From: Nitrospinales bacterium
Lineage (GTDB): Bacteria > Nitrospinota_A > UBA7883 > JACRGQ01
Assembly: GCA_023248495.1 (NCBI GenBank)
Contig: JAHFEK010000005.1
Location: forward strand, 6,560 to 70,559
Direction: 5' to 3'
Length of the DNA: 64,000 nt
Each line of letters opens with the position of its first letter. The stretch's first letter is position 1. Positions 30,426-40,032 of this stretch are shown piece by piece. The translations under genes and the position numbers were made by a program. The notes below the pieces were generated by a model. That model had not been told where the DNA came from, searched no databases, and saw nothing but the letters and a program-made list of their open reading frames with translations.

Positions 30426-31655
30426 TTACCCTTCCTGGGAAAGTGAACCGATGGCGACGCCCCGGCGGCCTTCCCAAAAGAACCTGACCGCCTCTTTCCA
30501 CGCCCAGATGCAGAGCCAGACCGCGCCTATGGTTTTTACATGCCATTGGTTGGCGAACTGCCTCCCCGGCCGCGGCGTTAAATCCGAAAAAATTATGGAA
30601 ACAAGGAACCATCCTATCAACAGGAATGCCATCTGGGTTTTAAACCCCGCCTCGTCCCCTTCGCTCCGGGCGGAAAGGGCGGCATGGAGCATAAACGTGA
30701 ATATGGGAACCAGCATAACGTAGGTGGGGCTTTCCGCCCGCTTATTGAAAAGAATCATAAACGTTAAAGCCAGCGGCACAATCAGCCGGACGAATTGCCC
30801 CCTATCCTGGCGGAAAACCATGAACGCCGCGGCCGCGATGAGCGCCGCGTTCAAAAGCAGGAAACCGAAAAACGCTTGATTGCTTAAAATGATTCCGTAG
30901 TGTTGCAGCGTGGGATGCAGGCCCAAATACATGGTATGCACCCGTTCCATGGAATGCAGTTCTATAAGCGTTTGGAAGCATTCAATCAGCAGGGATGACG
31001 ACATGACCAATAGCGGCAACAGGGAAAGGCCCGCGAGGAAAAGAACGAATGACGCGATGAAAACCGCGTTGAACTCCAACATCAGCAGCAGCGCCATCGG
31101 AAGCGGTATGATTTTCAGCCCCACCCCCAAAGCCAAAATAAAACCGGAAACCGCATACCGGCCCCGGAAGTACATGGCCGTTCCCAACAGGATAAGGCCG
31201 GTGATAAGGCTGTTAATCTGCAAGTTGGTAAGACTGCCCATCATCTCGTTAGTCATCAGAAGCAGGGCGAAAAAATACCACCACCCGCGGAAAAGTTTCC
31301 GTTTCCCGTCTATTTCACGCCATACGGCATGAATGCCGGCCATAAGCACGAGCATGTTCAGCACGCACCATACATAGGATCCTGCCTGTGGCCCCAAGGC
31401 GAGCGTGGAAAACGGATAAAAAAACAGCGCGAAGAGCGGCGGCCACAAAAACCAAGTGCCGAAAGGAGGCTCCGCCGTCTTCCAGTTTTCCGGATAGGGG
31501 TTGCTATGGTTTTGAATGATGGAGATAACGCCGCCGTTGTATCCCAGATAGTTGTTGTGTATCCCCATCGCCGGCGAGATGGCCAATAACATGAAAAAAA
31601 GAACGAAGAGAACCGCCACTTTCCCTTCGAATTCTAGTTTTCGCCAGTAGTTCAT
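30426..31655 (-). CDS. GT87-like (GT-C fold) polytopic glycosyltransferase
   Basis: NPY, FLWPPLFA.FFYP, N.QIN, LKIIPL motifs; about 10 TM segments. Confidence 0.78.
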   Translation of the reverse strand: MNYWRKLEFEGKVAVLFVLFFMLLAISPAMGIHNNYLGYNGGVISIIQNHSNPYPENWKTAEPPFGTWFLWPPLFALFFYPFSTLALGPQAGSYVWCVLNMLVLMAGIHAVWREIDGKRKLFRGWWYFFALLLMTNEMMGSLTNLQINSLITGLILLGTAMYFRGRYAVSGFILALGVGLKIIPLPMALLLMLEFNAVFIASFVLFLAGLSLLPLLVMSSSLLIECFQTLIELHSMERVHTMYLGLHPTLQHYGIILSNQAFFGFLLLNAALIAAAAFMVFRQDRGQFVRLIVPLALTFMILFNKRAESPTYVMLVPIFTFMLHAALSARSEGDEAGFKTQMAFLLIGWFLVSIIFSDLTPRPGRQFANQWHVKTIGAVWLCIWAWKEAVRFFWEGRRGVAIGSLSQEG

Positions 31656-31788
31656 TTAAGTGTGGGTGACGATGATTTAATATGAGTTGAAATGGAAGTG
31701 GAAGTTGGCGATCCTTGCCGCTCCAAACGCTGGTTATTTAATGACATGGGGGAATCATACCTTAATAATCCCCGTGGTGCGCGGCAAA

Positions 31789-33027
31789 TTATCGAGCGGG
31801 GCCGGCCACTGGAATTACCGTTCCTTCCGCCTGCATTTTGTCGCTGAAATGCATCACGATCCGCGCCCATGCCCACAGATACAGGAGAATTGCCCCCAGC
31901 GTTTTAAAATGCCAGACCTCCGCCGTCACGCGAAAGATAGGGGACGAAAAAGCGCTGTAACCCCACCAGATGAACATCCATCCGGCGACGATGAATAGGG
32001 CGTTGGCGCGGAATCCGTTCTCATCCCCATCTTCGCGGGAACGCAACGCGGCGTGCAACATGAAAACAAACACCGGCGCGAGGGTTATGAAACTCTGACT
32101 CTCCGCCCGCCGGTTGAACAGGACGGCGAAACCCAACAGTGTCGGCACAATGAGCCGCAGGTACTCGCCGCGATCCTTCTTTAGAAGATGGAACGATGCC
32201 AGCGCCAACGCCCCGGCATTGGCCAAGGCGAAAAAAACAAATTCGGCGGGATGAACATGGAAACCATAATGCAGCAGGGTCGGCTCCAAACCGAGAAAGG
32301 CGGCGCGCAACGGCTCGTTTGCTAAAATATCAAACCAGCTTGCCAACATCGAGCTGTAGGCGGCGCTTCCCATGATGGGTATAGGAAGGAGGAAAAGAAG
32401 GGCGGCAATAACGGCGAAGCCAAAGACAAAAACCAAACCAAGATCAAGGCCGAGGAGCAACGCCATCGCCAATGGAAATAACTTGAAATTTGCCCCCATC
32501 GCCAGCAGCAGGGCGGCCCCTGCCTTGCGCCCCCGCATGTAAAGACCCGCTCCCAACATCATCATGCCGGTAATAAGCCCATTATTATGCGCATTCATCA
32601 CCGCGCCCGGCATTTCACTGGCCAGCAGAAATAGCGCGAAAAGGAACCACTTTCCCCGCAACAGCTTCTGTTCCCTGTCGACAAGACTGAATATAGACCA
32701 AACCCCCGCCATAAACATCGCGAAATTCAGCATCACCCAGGCATAAGCGCCGATATCCGGCCCTAGCCCGTGGTGGGTGGAAAAAGGGGAAAAAAAGTAC
32801 GCAAAGGTTGGACTGCACAGGAATTGCGCCAAAGGGGGAGGTTCGGAATCTTGCCCATTAATTGAAGTGTAGGGATTCATCCCTATTATGACGGCGCGCG
32901 TGCCAACGTCATATACCTGATACACCTTGCGCCGATCGCCCACCAGAAAAAACGCGGCCACGGCGAAGAAAAGGACAAAGATCGCCGCCGCCTTCCGCTC
33001 AAAAGAAAGCCTTCGTATGTAGTTCAT
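31789..33027 (-). CDS. GT87-like (GT-C fold) polytopic glycosyltransferase, paralogue of the neighbouring gene
   Basis: NPY, FLCSPTFAYFFSP, NAHNN, FKLFPL, FNRRAES motifs shared with the neighbour. Confidence 0.78.
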   Translation of the reverse strand: MNYIRRLSFERKAAAIFVLFFAVAAFFLVGDRRKVYQVYDVGTRAVIIGMNPYTSINGQDSEPPPLAQFLCSPTFAYFFSPFSTHHGLGPDIGAYAWVMLNFAMFMAGVWSIFSLVDREQKLLRGKWFLFALFLLASEMPGAVMNAHNNGLITGMMMLGAGLYMRGRKAGAALLLAMGANFKLFPLAMALLLGLDLGLVFVFGFAVIAALLFLLPIPIMGSAAYSSMLASWFDILANEPLRAAFLGLEPTLLHYGFHVHPAEFVFFALANAGALALASFHLLKKDRGEYLRLIVPTLLGFAVLFNRRAESQSFITLAPVFVFMLHAALRSREDGDENGFRANALFIVAGWMFIWWGYSAFSSPIFRVTAEVWHFKTLGAILLYLWAWARIVMHFSDKMQAEGTVIPVAGPAR

Positions 33028-33236
33028 ATGGTAACGACAATTATATATGACACTGTGGGGAGCTTTGACGGTTTGGGGAAAATAATGCCTTCTCTGACGC
33101 TGTCATTGTTATGGCCTGAGGTTGCGAGACGCTTATAGATCACCCGATACCCGCTTCTCACCAGAACCTTACAACCAAATAAAACAATGTTCTTGGCCGG
33201 GCGGCCAAGTGTGGACGGCCCTAATGACGGCTGTTA

Positions 33237-33252
33237 TGGCACAGCTCTTGAA
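33237..33252 (+). promoter_or_regulatory. Putative sigma54 promoter of the flg operon
   Basis: TGGCAC-N5-TTGAA: -24 box matches consensus, -12 box has GA instead of GC. Confidence 0.5.
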
Positions 33253-33293
33253 TTAACTGATGGTGGAGTTAGAAATTTTGACAGGAGGACACA

Positions 33294-34064
33294 TTGAATA
33301 AGGGAATCTACATCGCCACCAGCGGCAGCCTTGCCCAAGAGCGGGCAATGGACATTATCGCCAACAACATGGCGAACATGAACACGTCCGGCTACAAGGC
33401 TGATCGTATGCTTTTCCAAACCTACCTCTCGAAAGCCCATGCGCCTGACTCGGCCGCGCCGACTTCGAATGAAATCAAGACGGGCGCCACACAAAATAAA
33501 ACGGAAGATACCGCGTATATGTTCAGCTCGCAAAGCTACACCAATTATGAACAGGGCGCGCTGCAAAAAACCGGAAACACATTCGATATCGCGCTTGACG
33601 GCGATGGATTTTTGGCCGTTCAGACGCCGCTGGGGGAGCGTTATACCCGGGGCGGCGCTTTTAAAATCGACGCGGGAGGCGACCTTGTCACGGCGGACGG
33701 CTTTAAAGTATCAAACCAAAACGGCAACGCCATCCATGTGGGAAACGACGAATTTTCCGTACGGGAAGACGGCCTTATCACCGTCTCCGGCGGCGGCACC
33801 GAGCAATTTAAAATTGTGAATTTCGCCGACCGCACCCAGCTCAAGAAATCGGGACAAGGGCTTTTCGTGGCGGAGGCGGGAATGGAAACGGCGGCGCCCA
33901 CGGCTGCCGTGAGGCAAGGGTATCTGGAAGCTTCCAACATTAATCCGGTGGCGGAGATGACCCGGATGATCACCGCGCTGCGAACCTATGAAGCGTTTCA
34001 AAAAGCGGTTCACTCTAATGACGACATGACAACGCGGCTTATCGCCGACGTGGCCAGACCATAA
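33294..34064 (+). CDS. flgF: Flagellar basal-body rod protein FlgF
   Basis: ANNMANMNTSGYK, TGNTFDIALDGDGF, YTRGG, GYLEASNIN; TTG start with AGGAGG RBS. Confidence 0.9.
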   Translation: MNKGIYIATSGSLAQERAMDIIANNMANMNTSGYKADRMLFQTYLSKAHAPDSAAPTSNEIKTGATQNKTEDTAYMFSSQSYTNYEQGALQKTGNTFDIALDGDGFLAVQTPLGERYTRGGAFKIDAGGDLVTADGFKVSNQNGNAIHVGNDEFSVREDGLITVSGGGTEQFKIVNFADRTQLKKSGQGLFVAEAGMETAAPTAAVRQGYLEASNINPVAEMTRMITALRTYEAFQKAVHSNDDMTTRLIADVARP

Positions 34065-34088
34065 CGGAATTTATAAAGGAGAGATGTT

Positions 34089-34877
34089 ATGATTCGTTCG
34101 CTTTACACCGCCGCGACCGGCATGGGCGCGATGCAGGAAAACATCAACGTAATCTCGAACAATCTGGCCAACGTGGGCACGATGGGCTTCAAACGGAGCC
34201 GCGCCGAATTCCAGGATCTTTTGTACCAGACAATGCGAATGCCCGGCACGGAAACCCCCACCGGCAGCCAAGTGCCGACGGGCATCCAGGTCGGCATGGG
34301 ATCAAAGCTTTCCGCCGTATCGAAGCTATTCTCGCAAGGGGATTTTCAGCAGACTGGCAACGAACTGGACATGGCCATTCAGGGAAAAGGCTTTTTTCAG
34401 GTTCTTCAACCGGACGGCACCACAGCCTTCAGCCGCATGGGGGCTTTCCGGCTTGATAGCACCGGCCAGATGGTCACCGCCGATGGCGAGCCGCTGGAAC
34501 CCCCGATCACCATCCCGCAGGACGCGCTGAATGTGAACATCTCGGCTACCGGCCAAGTTTCGGTAATGCAACCCGGCCAAACCGTGGCGAGCGTGGTGGG
34601 GCAAATAGAAGTGGCCAGCTTTATCAACCCGGCGGGTCTCATCTCCGTGGGCCGCGGGCTTTATAAAGAAACCGCCGCCTCCGGCACGCCGACGATAGCC
34701 AACCCCGGATCAAATGAACTGGGACAGGTGCAACAGGGTTTTATCGAATCATCCAACGTCAACGTGGTGGAGGAATTAACCAATATGATTCTTGCCCAAC
34801 GCGCCTACGAGCTCAACTCGAAAGCGATTACCACCTCTGACGAAATGCTCCAAACCGCGAACAACACGAAACGGTAA
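34089..34877 (+). CDS. flgG: Flagellar basal-body rod protein FlgG
   Basis: MIRSLYTAATGM, SRAEFQDLLYQ, PTGIQVG, AQRAYELNSKAI. Confidence 0.96.
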   Translation: MIRSLYTAATGMGAMQENINVISNNLANVGTMGFKRSRAEFQDLLYQTMRMPGTETPTGSQVPTGIQVGMGSKLSAVSKLFSQGDFQQTGNELDMAIQGKGFFQVLQPDGTTAFSRMGAFRLDSTGQMVTADGEPLEPPITIPQDALNVNISATGQVSVMQPGQTVASVVGQIEVASFINPAGLISVGRGLYKETAASGTPTIANPGSNELGQVQQGFIESSNVNVVEELTNMILAQRAYELNSKAITTSDEMLQTANNTKR

Positions 34878-34882
34878 TAACC

Positions 34883-35629
34883 ATGATTAAGAACTCGATA
34901 CGGCGCCTGGCGTGCCTGACCCTGCTGACGGTGACGTTGGCGGCGGCATCCGCGGGAGCGGCTGAACAGCGGGCAATTTCTGCCGCTTCCGACGCAAAAA
35001 CTGCCGCTTTTTTCCAAAAAGCTTTGAGCGATCACCTCGCTAAAACGCTTTCAGATACCGTATCGGAGTACCGCGTTTTAAACATTAGCGCTTCCGGCAA
35101 TGAAAAAATACCCACCCAATTCGACGATTACCGGTTGACTGTATTACGCACTTCCAAAGGCGGGGAAACGATAATCGGCGAGGTTACCTTCTACAACAAA
35201 GGCACTGAAATCAAACAGATAGGCGTGTCGGCCCGAATTGAGATGCAGGCCGAAGTGGTGGTTGCCAACGAGCGTATTTCCAAGGGAACGGTCATCACCG
35301 AAGGCATGCTTCGGATGGAAAAAATAGTTATTCATGGCCCGGCAACCGATTTTTGCACGGACTTTGCAGAAGTAACAGGGCAAGTGGCAGAACGGAGCAT
35401 CCAGCCGAACCGCCCGGTGCCGAAGGCAAACTTGGCGAAAGCGGTGGATGTAAAGGCTGGCGACCTCGTTTTGATGGTGGCGGAAAACGACGAGGTAAAG
35501 CTGACCACCCGCGGGGTCGCGAAAAAGGACGGCAGCATAGGCGAACTGATACCAGTGCTTAACCTCCGGTCGAACAAAAGGCTGTTTGGCAGGGTGGTGG
35601 ACGCGGGCACGGTACAGGTAAATTTTTAA
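34883..35629 (+). CDS. flgA: P-ring assembly chaperone FlgA
   Basis: Signal peptide, SAF-like region, C-terminal VKAGD.V..G.A..DG.IGE.I.V.N..S; position between flgG and flgH. Confidence 0.85.
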   Translation: MIKNSIRRLACLTLLTVTLAAASAGAAEQRAISAASDAKTAAFFQKALSDHLAKTLSDTVSEYRVLNISASGNEKIPTQFDDYRLTVLRTSKGGETIIGEVTFYNKGTEIKQIGVSARIEMQAEVVVANERISKGTVITEGMLRMEKIVIHGPATDFCTDFAEVTGQVAERSIQPNRPVPKANLAKAVDVKAGDLVLMVAENDEVKLTTRGVAKKDGSIGELIPVLNLRSNKRLFGRVVDAGTVQVNF

Positions 35630-35641
35630 CGGAACAAGGAG

Positions 35642-36298
35642 ATGACAATGAAGAGGAATCTGAACACGGCGCTGCTGGCGGCCATTCTTCTCTTAGGGCT
35701 CGCCGCCTGCGCGGGAAAGCAGATACCCGCCATGGTCGTACCCGAGGCGGAACCGGTGAAGACGACTTCCACCGAAGGCTCGCTCTGGCCTGGCCAAAAC
35801 GGCCCCAACATGCTCTTCGCCGATAACAAAGCGCTGCGCGTGGGCGACATTGTCACCGTATATCTCGTGGAAAGCGTAAAAGCGCTCAACTCCACCACCA
35901 ACCACAACAGCAGCCAAACAAAGAATTCCCTCACCATGTCCCCCATCGACGTAAACCCGGCCCTGAACGTCAACGTGAGCGGCGGTGAAGACTTCCGCGG
36001 ATCGGGAAGCAGCAGCCGCAATGACGCGCTGACCGCGACCCTTTCGGCGATGGTGACGGAAGTGCTCACCAACGGGAACATGAAAATCGAAGGGCGCCGC
36101 AAGATGAAGATCAACAACGAGGATCAATACATCCACATTACCGGCATCGTGCGGCAGGAAGACATCAATTTCGACAACTCGATCATGTCCACCAAAATCG
36201 CCAACTCGGAAATCCAGTATGACGGCGTGGGGGATCTCAACGATACCAACAACGGCGGCTGGGGCACGTGGCTGTTTCAGAAAATCTGGCCCTTTTAA
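35642..36298 (+). CDS. flgH: Flagellar L-ring protein
   Basis: Lipobox LAAC, GSLW, ADNKA..VGDIVTV, GIVRQEDI, KIWPF end. Confidence 0.93.
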   Translation: MTMKRNLNTALLAAILLLGLAACAGKQIPAMVVPEAEPVKTTSTEGSLWPGQNGPNMLFADNKALRVGDIVTVYLVESVKALNSTTNHNSSQTKNSLTMSPIDVNPALNVNVSGGEDFRGSGSSSRNDALTATLSAMVTEVLTNGNMKIEGRRKMKINNEDQYIHITGIVRQEDINFDNSIMSTKIANSEIQYDGVGDLNDTNNGGWGTWLFQKIWPF

Positions 36299-36310
36299 AG
36301 GAAGGCTGAC

Positions 36311-37441
36311 ATGAACATCATAAAGCTTATCGGCACGGCGGCGGTGGCCGCCCTGTTGGCCTTTCCCGCGCCGGCCAGCGCCTCGCGGATTAAAGACATT
36401 TCCAACGTACAGGGGATGCGCCAGAACCAGCTCATCGGCTATGGCTTGATGGTCGGTTTGAAAAATAGCGGCGACCGCACCTCGAAAACCCCCTTTACCG
36501 CCCAAACACTGGTCGCCATGCTCAAGCGGCTGGGAACCACTATCGACATACGCCAACTGACCGGCCCGCAAATCGGTGTTTCACAGACCCGTTTTCTGCG
36601 CGACGTAAAGGTGGAAAACGTGGCCGCCGTCATGGTGACCGCCACGTTGGCCCCCTTCTCGAAACCGGGCACCAAACTGGATGTTTCCGTTTCCTCGCTG
36701 GGAGACGCGAAAAGTCTTGAAGGCGGCACACTGCTGATGACCCCGCTGAAAGCCCCCAACGGCGAAGTATATGCCGTGGCGCAAGGCGTGCTCGCCGTCA
36801 CCCGTAAAATAGGCAAAAAAGGGCAAGCGGAAGCAGTGCCGACCACCGGCACCATCGCGGACGGAGGCATAGTCGAAAAAGAAGTGCCGAACGACTTCGC
36901 CCAAAAATCACAGTTTAATATCCTGCTGAGCAAACCGGATTTCACCACCGCTTCATCCGTGGTCGCGGCGGTCAATGCAAAGTATGGCAAAGATACCGCC
37001 CGCGGTCTTGATGCCGGCACCGTGGAAGTAATTGTTCCCGTGAAATTCGCGGCCAACCCCTTCGGCTTCATTAGCGAAATTGAGGTTTTAAACGTAACCA
37101 GCGACATGCCCGCCCGCGTCGTGCTGGATGAAAAAAGCGGCACGGTGGTAATCGGCAGCAACGTGGAAATACATGATGTGGCGATTTCGTTCGCGGATAT
37201 CACCCTGCAGGTTCAGCGCGCAACCGACACTGCGGCGCAAACGGCGATGGCGCAGGGATTGCCGGCGCCCGCGCAGAAGGAAACGGCAAAATCAAAAATA
37301 AACATGCTGAAGAAAAACGCCAACATCAACGATCTTGTGGCGGCGCTGAACGCGTTAGGCGTATCGCCCCAAGACCTTGTGGCAATCTTCCGGTCGTTGC
37401 ATGCATCGGGCTCCTTGAATGCCGAGTTGGAGGTTTTATGA
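36311..37441 (+). CDS. flgI: Flagellar P-ring protein
   Basis: RIKDI..G.R.NQLIGYGL.VGL, NVAAVMVTA, GDAKSLEGGTLLMTPL. Confidence 0.96.
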   Translation: MNIIKLIGTAAVAALLAFPAPASASRIKDISNVQGMRQNQLIGYGLMVGLKNSGDRTSKTPFTAQTLVAMLKRLGTTIDIRQLTGPQIGVSQTRFLRDVKVENVAAVMVTATLAPFSKPGTKLDVSVSSLGDAKSLEGGTLLMTPLKAPNGEVYAVAQGVLAVTRKIGKKGQAEAVPTTGTIADGGIVEKEVPNDFAQKSQFNILLSKPDFTTASSVVAAVNAKYGKDTARGLDAGTVEVIVPVKFAANPFGFISEIEVLNVTSDMPARVVLDEKSGTVVIGSNVEIHDVAISFADITLQVQRATDTAAQTAMAQGLPAPAQKETAKSKINMLKKNANINDLVAALNALGVSPQDLVAIFRSLHASGSLNAELEVL

Positions 37442-37794
37442 GCGGGATTTCAACCACCTCCCGAACCGCCCAACGGCCCCAATTCGCGCCGGTGCCCGAC
37501 GGACTGACGGCGGCGCAACAAAAGGACATGGACAAGCTGAAAGGCCTCTCGCAGGAATATGAAGGCTTTTTCATGAAACAGGTTGTGGACGCAATGAGAA
37601 AAACAGTGCCGAAAGGCGGTTATCTTAACGGCGGTAACGCCGAAGAGATATACAAGGGAATGATGGACGACAAGCTTTCCGGGCAAATGGCGAAAAACGG
37701 CGGCAGCGGCATCGCCGAAAATCTGTATAACACCTTCTCAAAGGCCTACCTTGCCTCGCTCAAAGCCGATAAGAAAGCGGGGGAAGTAAAATGA
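37438..37794 (+). CDS. flgJ: Single-domain FlgJ (rod-binding, no muramidase domain)
   Basis: EYEGFFM..V..MRKTVP.GG..GNAEEIY.GM.D; position after flgI. Confidence 0.82.
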   Translation: MSGISTTSRTAQRPQFAPVPDGLTAAQQKDMDKLKGLSQEYEGFFMKQVVDAMRKTVPKGGYLNGGNAEEIYKGMMDDKLSGQMAKNGGSGIAENLYNTFSKAYLASLKADKKAGEVK

Positions 37795-38297
37795 ACGCCG
37801 CGGCCCGCCTCGTGGAACTGCTGGAACGGAACGCGCGAATCTACGAAGACCTGGCGCGCATCTGTGATAAAGAGCAACTGGCGGTTCAGGCGTGCGATCT
37901 GTCACGCTTGGACGAACTGATGAAGGAAAAGGAAAAGCTGGCGCTCAAACTAATCACCGCGGAAAAAACCCGAAGCGGGCTGATGGAAGAAATCGCGGTC
38001 TCCATGAAACGGGATGCCGCAACCATCACCTTGGCGGAAATAGCCGCTTCCCCGGAAGGCCGCGCGCTGAAGGCAAAATTGCTGGCCGCGGGCGGTCACC
38101 TGAACAGCGTTTTGAACGCCGCGCGGGAAAGAAGCGATTTCAGCCGACGGTTGATCGGCCGCGCGCTGGACACGATCGTCGAAACCATCCGCTGCGCCAA
38201 CGCGCTGACGGGAGGCGAAACATCCACCTATTCGTCAAATGTAAAAACGATGGGAAACAAAATGCGATCGGGCGTGATGGTGACGAGGTCCTGCTGA
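37791..38297 (+). CDS. flgN: Flagellar export chaperone FlgN
   Basis: Helical protein immediately upstream of flgK with a C-terminal TY motif. Confidence 0.75.
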   Translation: MNAAARLVELLERNARIYEDLARICDKEQLAVQACDLSRLDELMKEKEKLALKLITAEKTRSGLMEEIAVSMKRDAATITLAEIAASPEGRALKAKLLAAGGHLNSVLNAARERSDFSRRLIGRALDTIVETIRCANALTGGETSTYSSNVKTMGNKMRSGVMVTRSC

Positions 38298-38298
38298 C

Positions 38299-39990
38299 AT
38301 GAACATATATGGGGCGATGAATACGGCAAAATGGGCGCTGTTGTCGGCACAGACCGCCATCGAAGTGACCGGGCAAAATGTCGCCAACGTGAACAATCCC
38401 GACTTCAACAAACAGAATGCCATTCTGCAAGCCCAGTTTCCGGTCAATCAGGGGAATCACTTTATCGGCACCGGCGTGACCGTAGCCTCCGTGACGCGAA
38501 ACTTCGATCAGTTTCTCTACAACCAGCAACTGACCTCGAACTTCAACCTGAATAACTACCAGGCCCGCGAGACCATCATGAACCGGATAGATACCGTCAT
38601 GAACGAGACCTCCGGCAGCGGCATTAACAACGCCATGAGCAGCTTCTTCCAAAGCTATTACAACCTCGCCACCAACCCGTCTGGCGCCACCGAACGCAAT
38701 GACGTGGTGGAAAAGGCGAAGTCGCTCTCGGCAAAAGTCTCATTCGTCGCCGGTCAGGTACAGCAAACGCGGCGTGACACGGATCTTAAAATCACCGGCG
38801 CGGTGCCAATCATCAACAACCTTACCTCGCAGATTGCCTCCCTCAACAAGACGATACATGAGACCGAATCGAACGGCGCGGTGGCCAACGACTACCGCGA
38901 CCGGCGCGAAGGCCTTATAAAGCAGGTTGCCTCATTCATGGATATTGGCTATGCGGAAGCCAACAACGGCGAAGTGTCCGTCTACATGAAAACGGGCCGC
39001 CCCCTGGTAACGGGCGAAAACAACTTTACGCTCAGCACGAAACAAAATCCATCGGATCCCTCAACCAGTTCCGTTTTCTGGGCGGACTCGGCCGGGAATA
39101 AAGTGAACATCACCCGCGATATTTCCGCCGGGCAGATGGGAGCATGGACCACCCTGCGCGATCAAGACCTGATTAAAGTTCAAAACCAGCTTGATACCCT
39201 CACCGCGTCGATAATACGCGACGTGAACCGCATCCATTCCGGTTCGTTTGGCCTGGACGGAAGCACTGGCAACAATTTTTTCAACGGCCTTGTCCCCGGT
39301 GGGCGCGCCAGCGACCTTAACTCGGGGACCGGCACCCTGCAACCCGGCTCCGTGTTAAACCCGGACAACGTGAATCTCGATCACTACCGGATTACTTTCG
39401 GCGCGGGCGGCACCTACAGCGTAAGCAACACTGACAAGGGAACCGCCTCCGGCACATACAGTTTCACCGCCGGCGCGCCGCTTACTTTTTTTCAGGATCG
39501 GGGTATTTCCATCGCGATAACAGGCGCGCCCAACGTGGGTGACAATTTTGACATTAGCGCCGCTTTTAACTCCGCGTTTACGCTGGCGATCAATCCAACC
39601 GTTCAAAACGACCTGAACAAAGTCGCCGCCGGCAGCACCACCCGCTGGGGCGACGGTATTGCGGGCGAGGCAATCGGCTCGCTGCAATATGGCAAAACCA
39701 TAGGCGGCGCATGGAATGCCGCGGGGGCCGCCTCCGGCACCTATACCTACACCGATTTTTTCGGCGCCACCGTGGGAGGCGTAGGCTCGACCACGCAGGC
39801 CGCGACCTCAGGAAGAAAGATGGCCGAAGCGGTGTCAAACCAATTGGATAATCTCCGTCAACAGTCCTCCGGTGTGGCACTGGACGAAGAAATGATAAAC
39901 CTGGTGAAATATCAACAGGCGTACGGCGCGGCGGCCAAGACTATCACCACCATCGACGAAATGATTCAAACATTGTTGAATATCAAGTAA
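38299..39990 (+). CDS. flgK: Flagellar hook-associated protein 1
   Basis: TGQNVANVNNP, IGTGV, SGVALDEEMINL.KYQQAY.AAAK. Confidence 0.94.
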   Translation: MNIYGAMNTAKWALLSAQTAIEVTGQNVANVNNPDFNKQNAILQAQFPVNQGNHFIGTGVTVASVTRNFDQFLYNQQLTSNFNLNNYQARETIMNRIDTVMNETSGSGINNAMSSFFQSYYNLATNPSGATERNDVVEKAKSLSAKVSFVAGQVQQTRRDTDLKITGAVPIINNLTSQIASLNKTIHETESNGAVANDYRDRREGLIKQVASFMDIGYAEANNGEVSVYMKTGRPLVTGENNFTLSTKQNPSDPSTSSVFWADSAGNKVNITRDISAGQMGAWTTLRDQDLIKVQNQLDTLTASIIRDVNRIHSGSFGLDGSTGNNFFNGLVPGGRASDLNSGTGTLQPGSVLNPDNVNLDHYRITFGAGGTYSVSNTDKGTASGTYSFTAGAPLTFFQDRGISIAITGAPNVGDNFDISAAFNSAFTLAINPTVQNDLNKVAAGSTTRWGDGIAGEAIGSLQYGKTIGGAWNAAGAASGTYTYTDFFGATVGGVGSTTQAATSGRKMAEAVSNQLDNLRQQSSGVALDEEMINLVKYQQAYGAAAKTITTIDEMIQTLLNIK

Positions 39991-40032
39991 TGAAAGGGCC
40001 GCTTTGCGGCGCGGAAGAATAAGAGGTGACAT

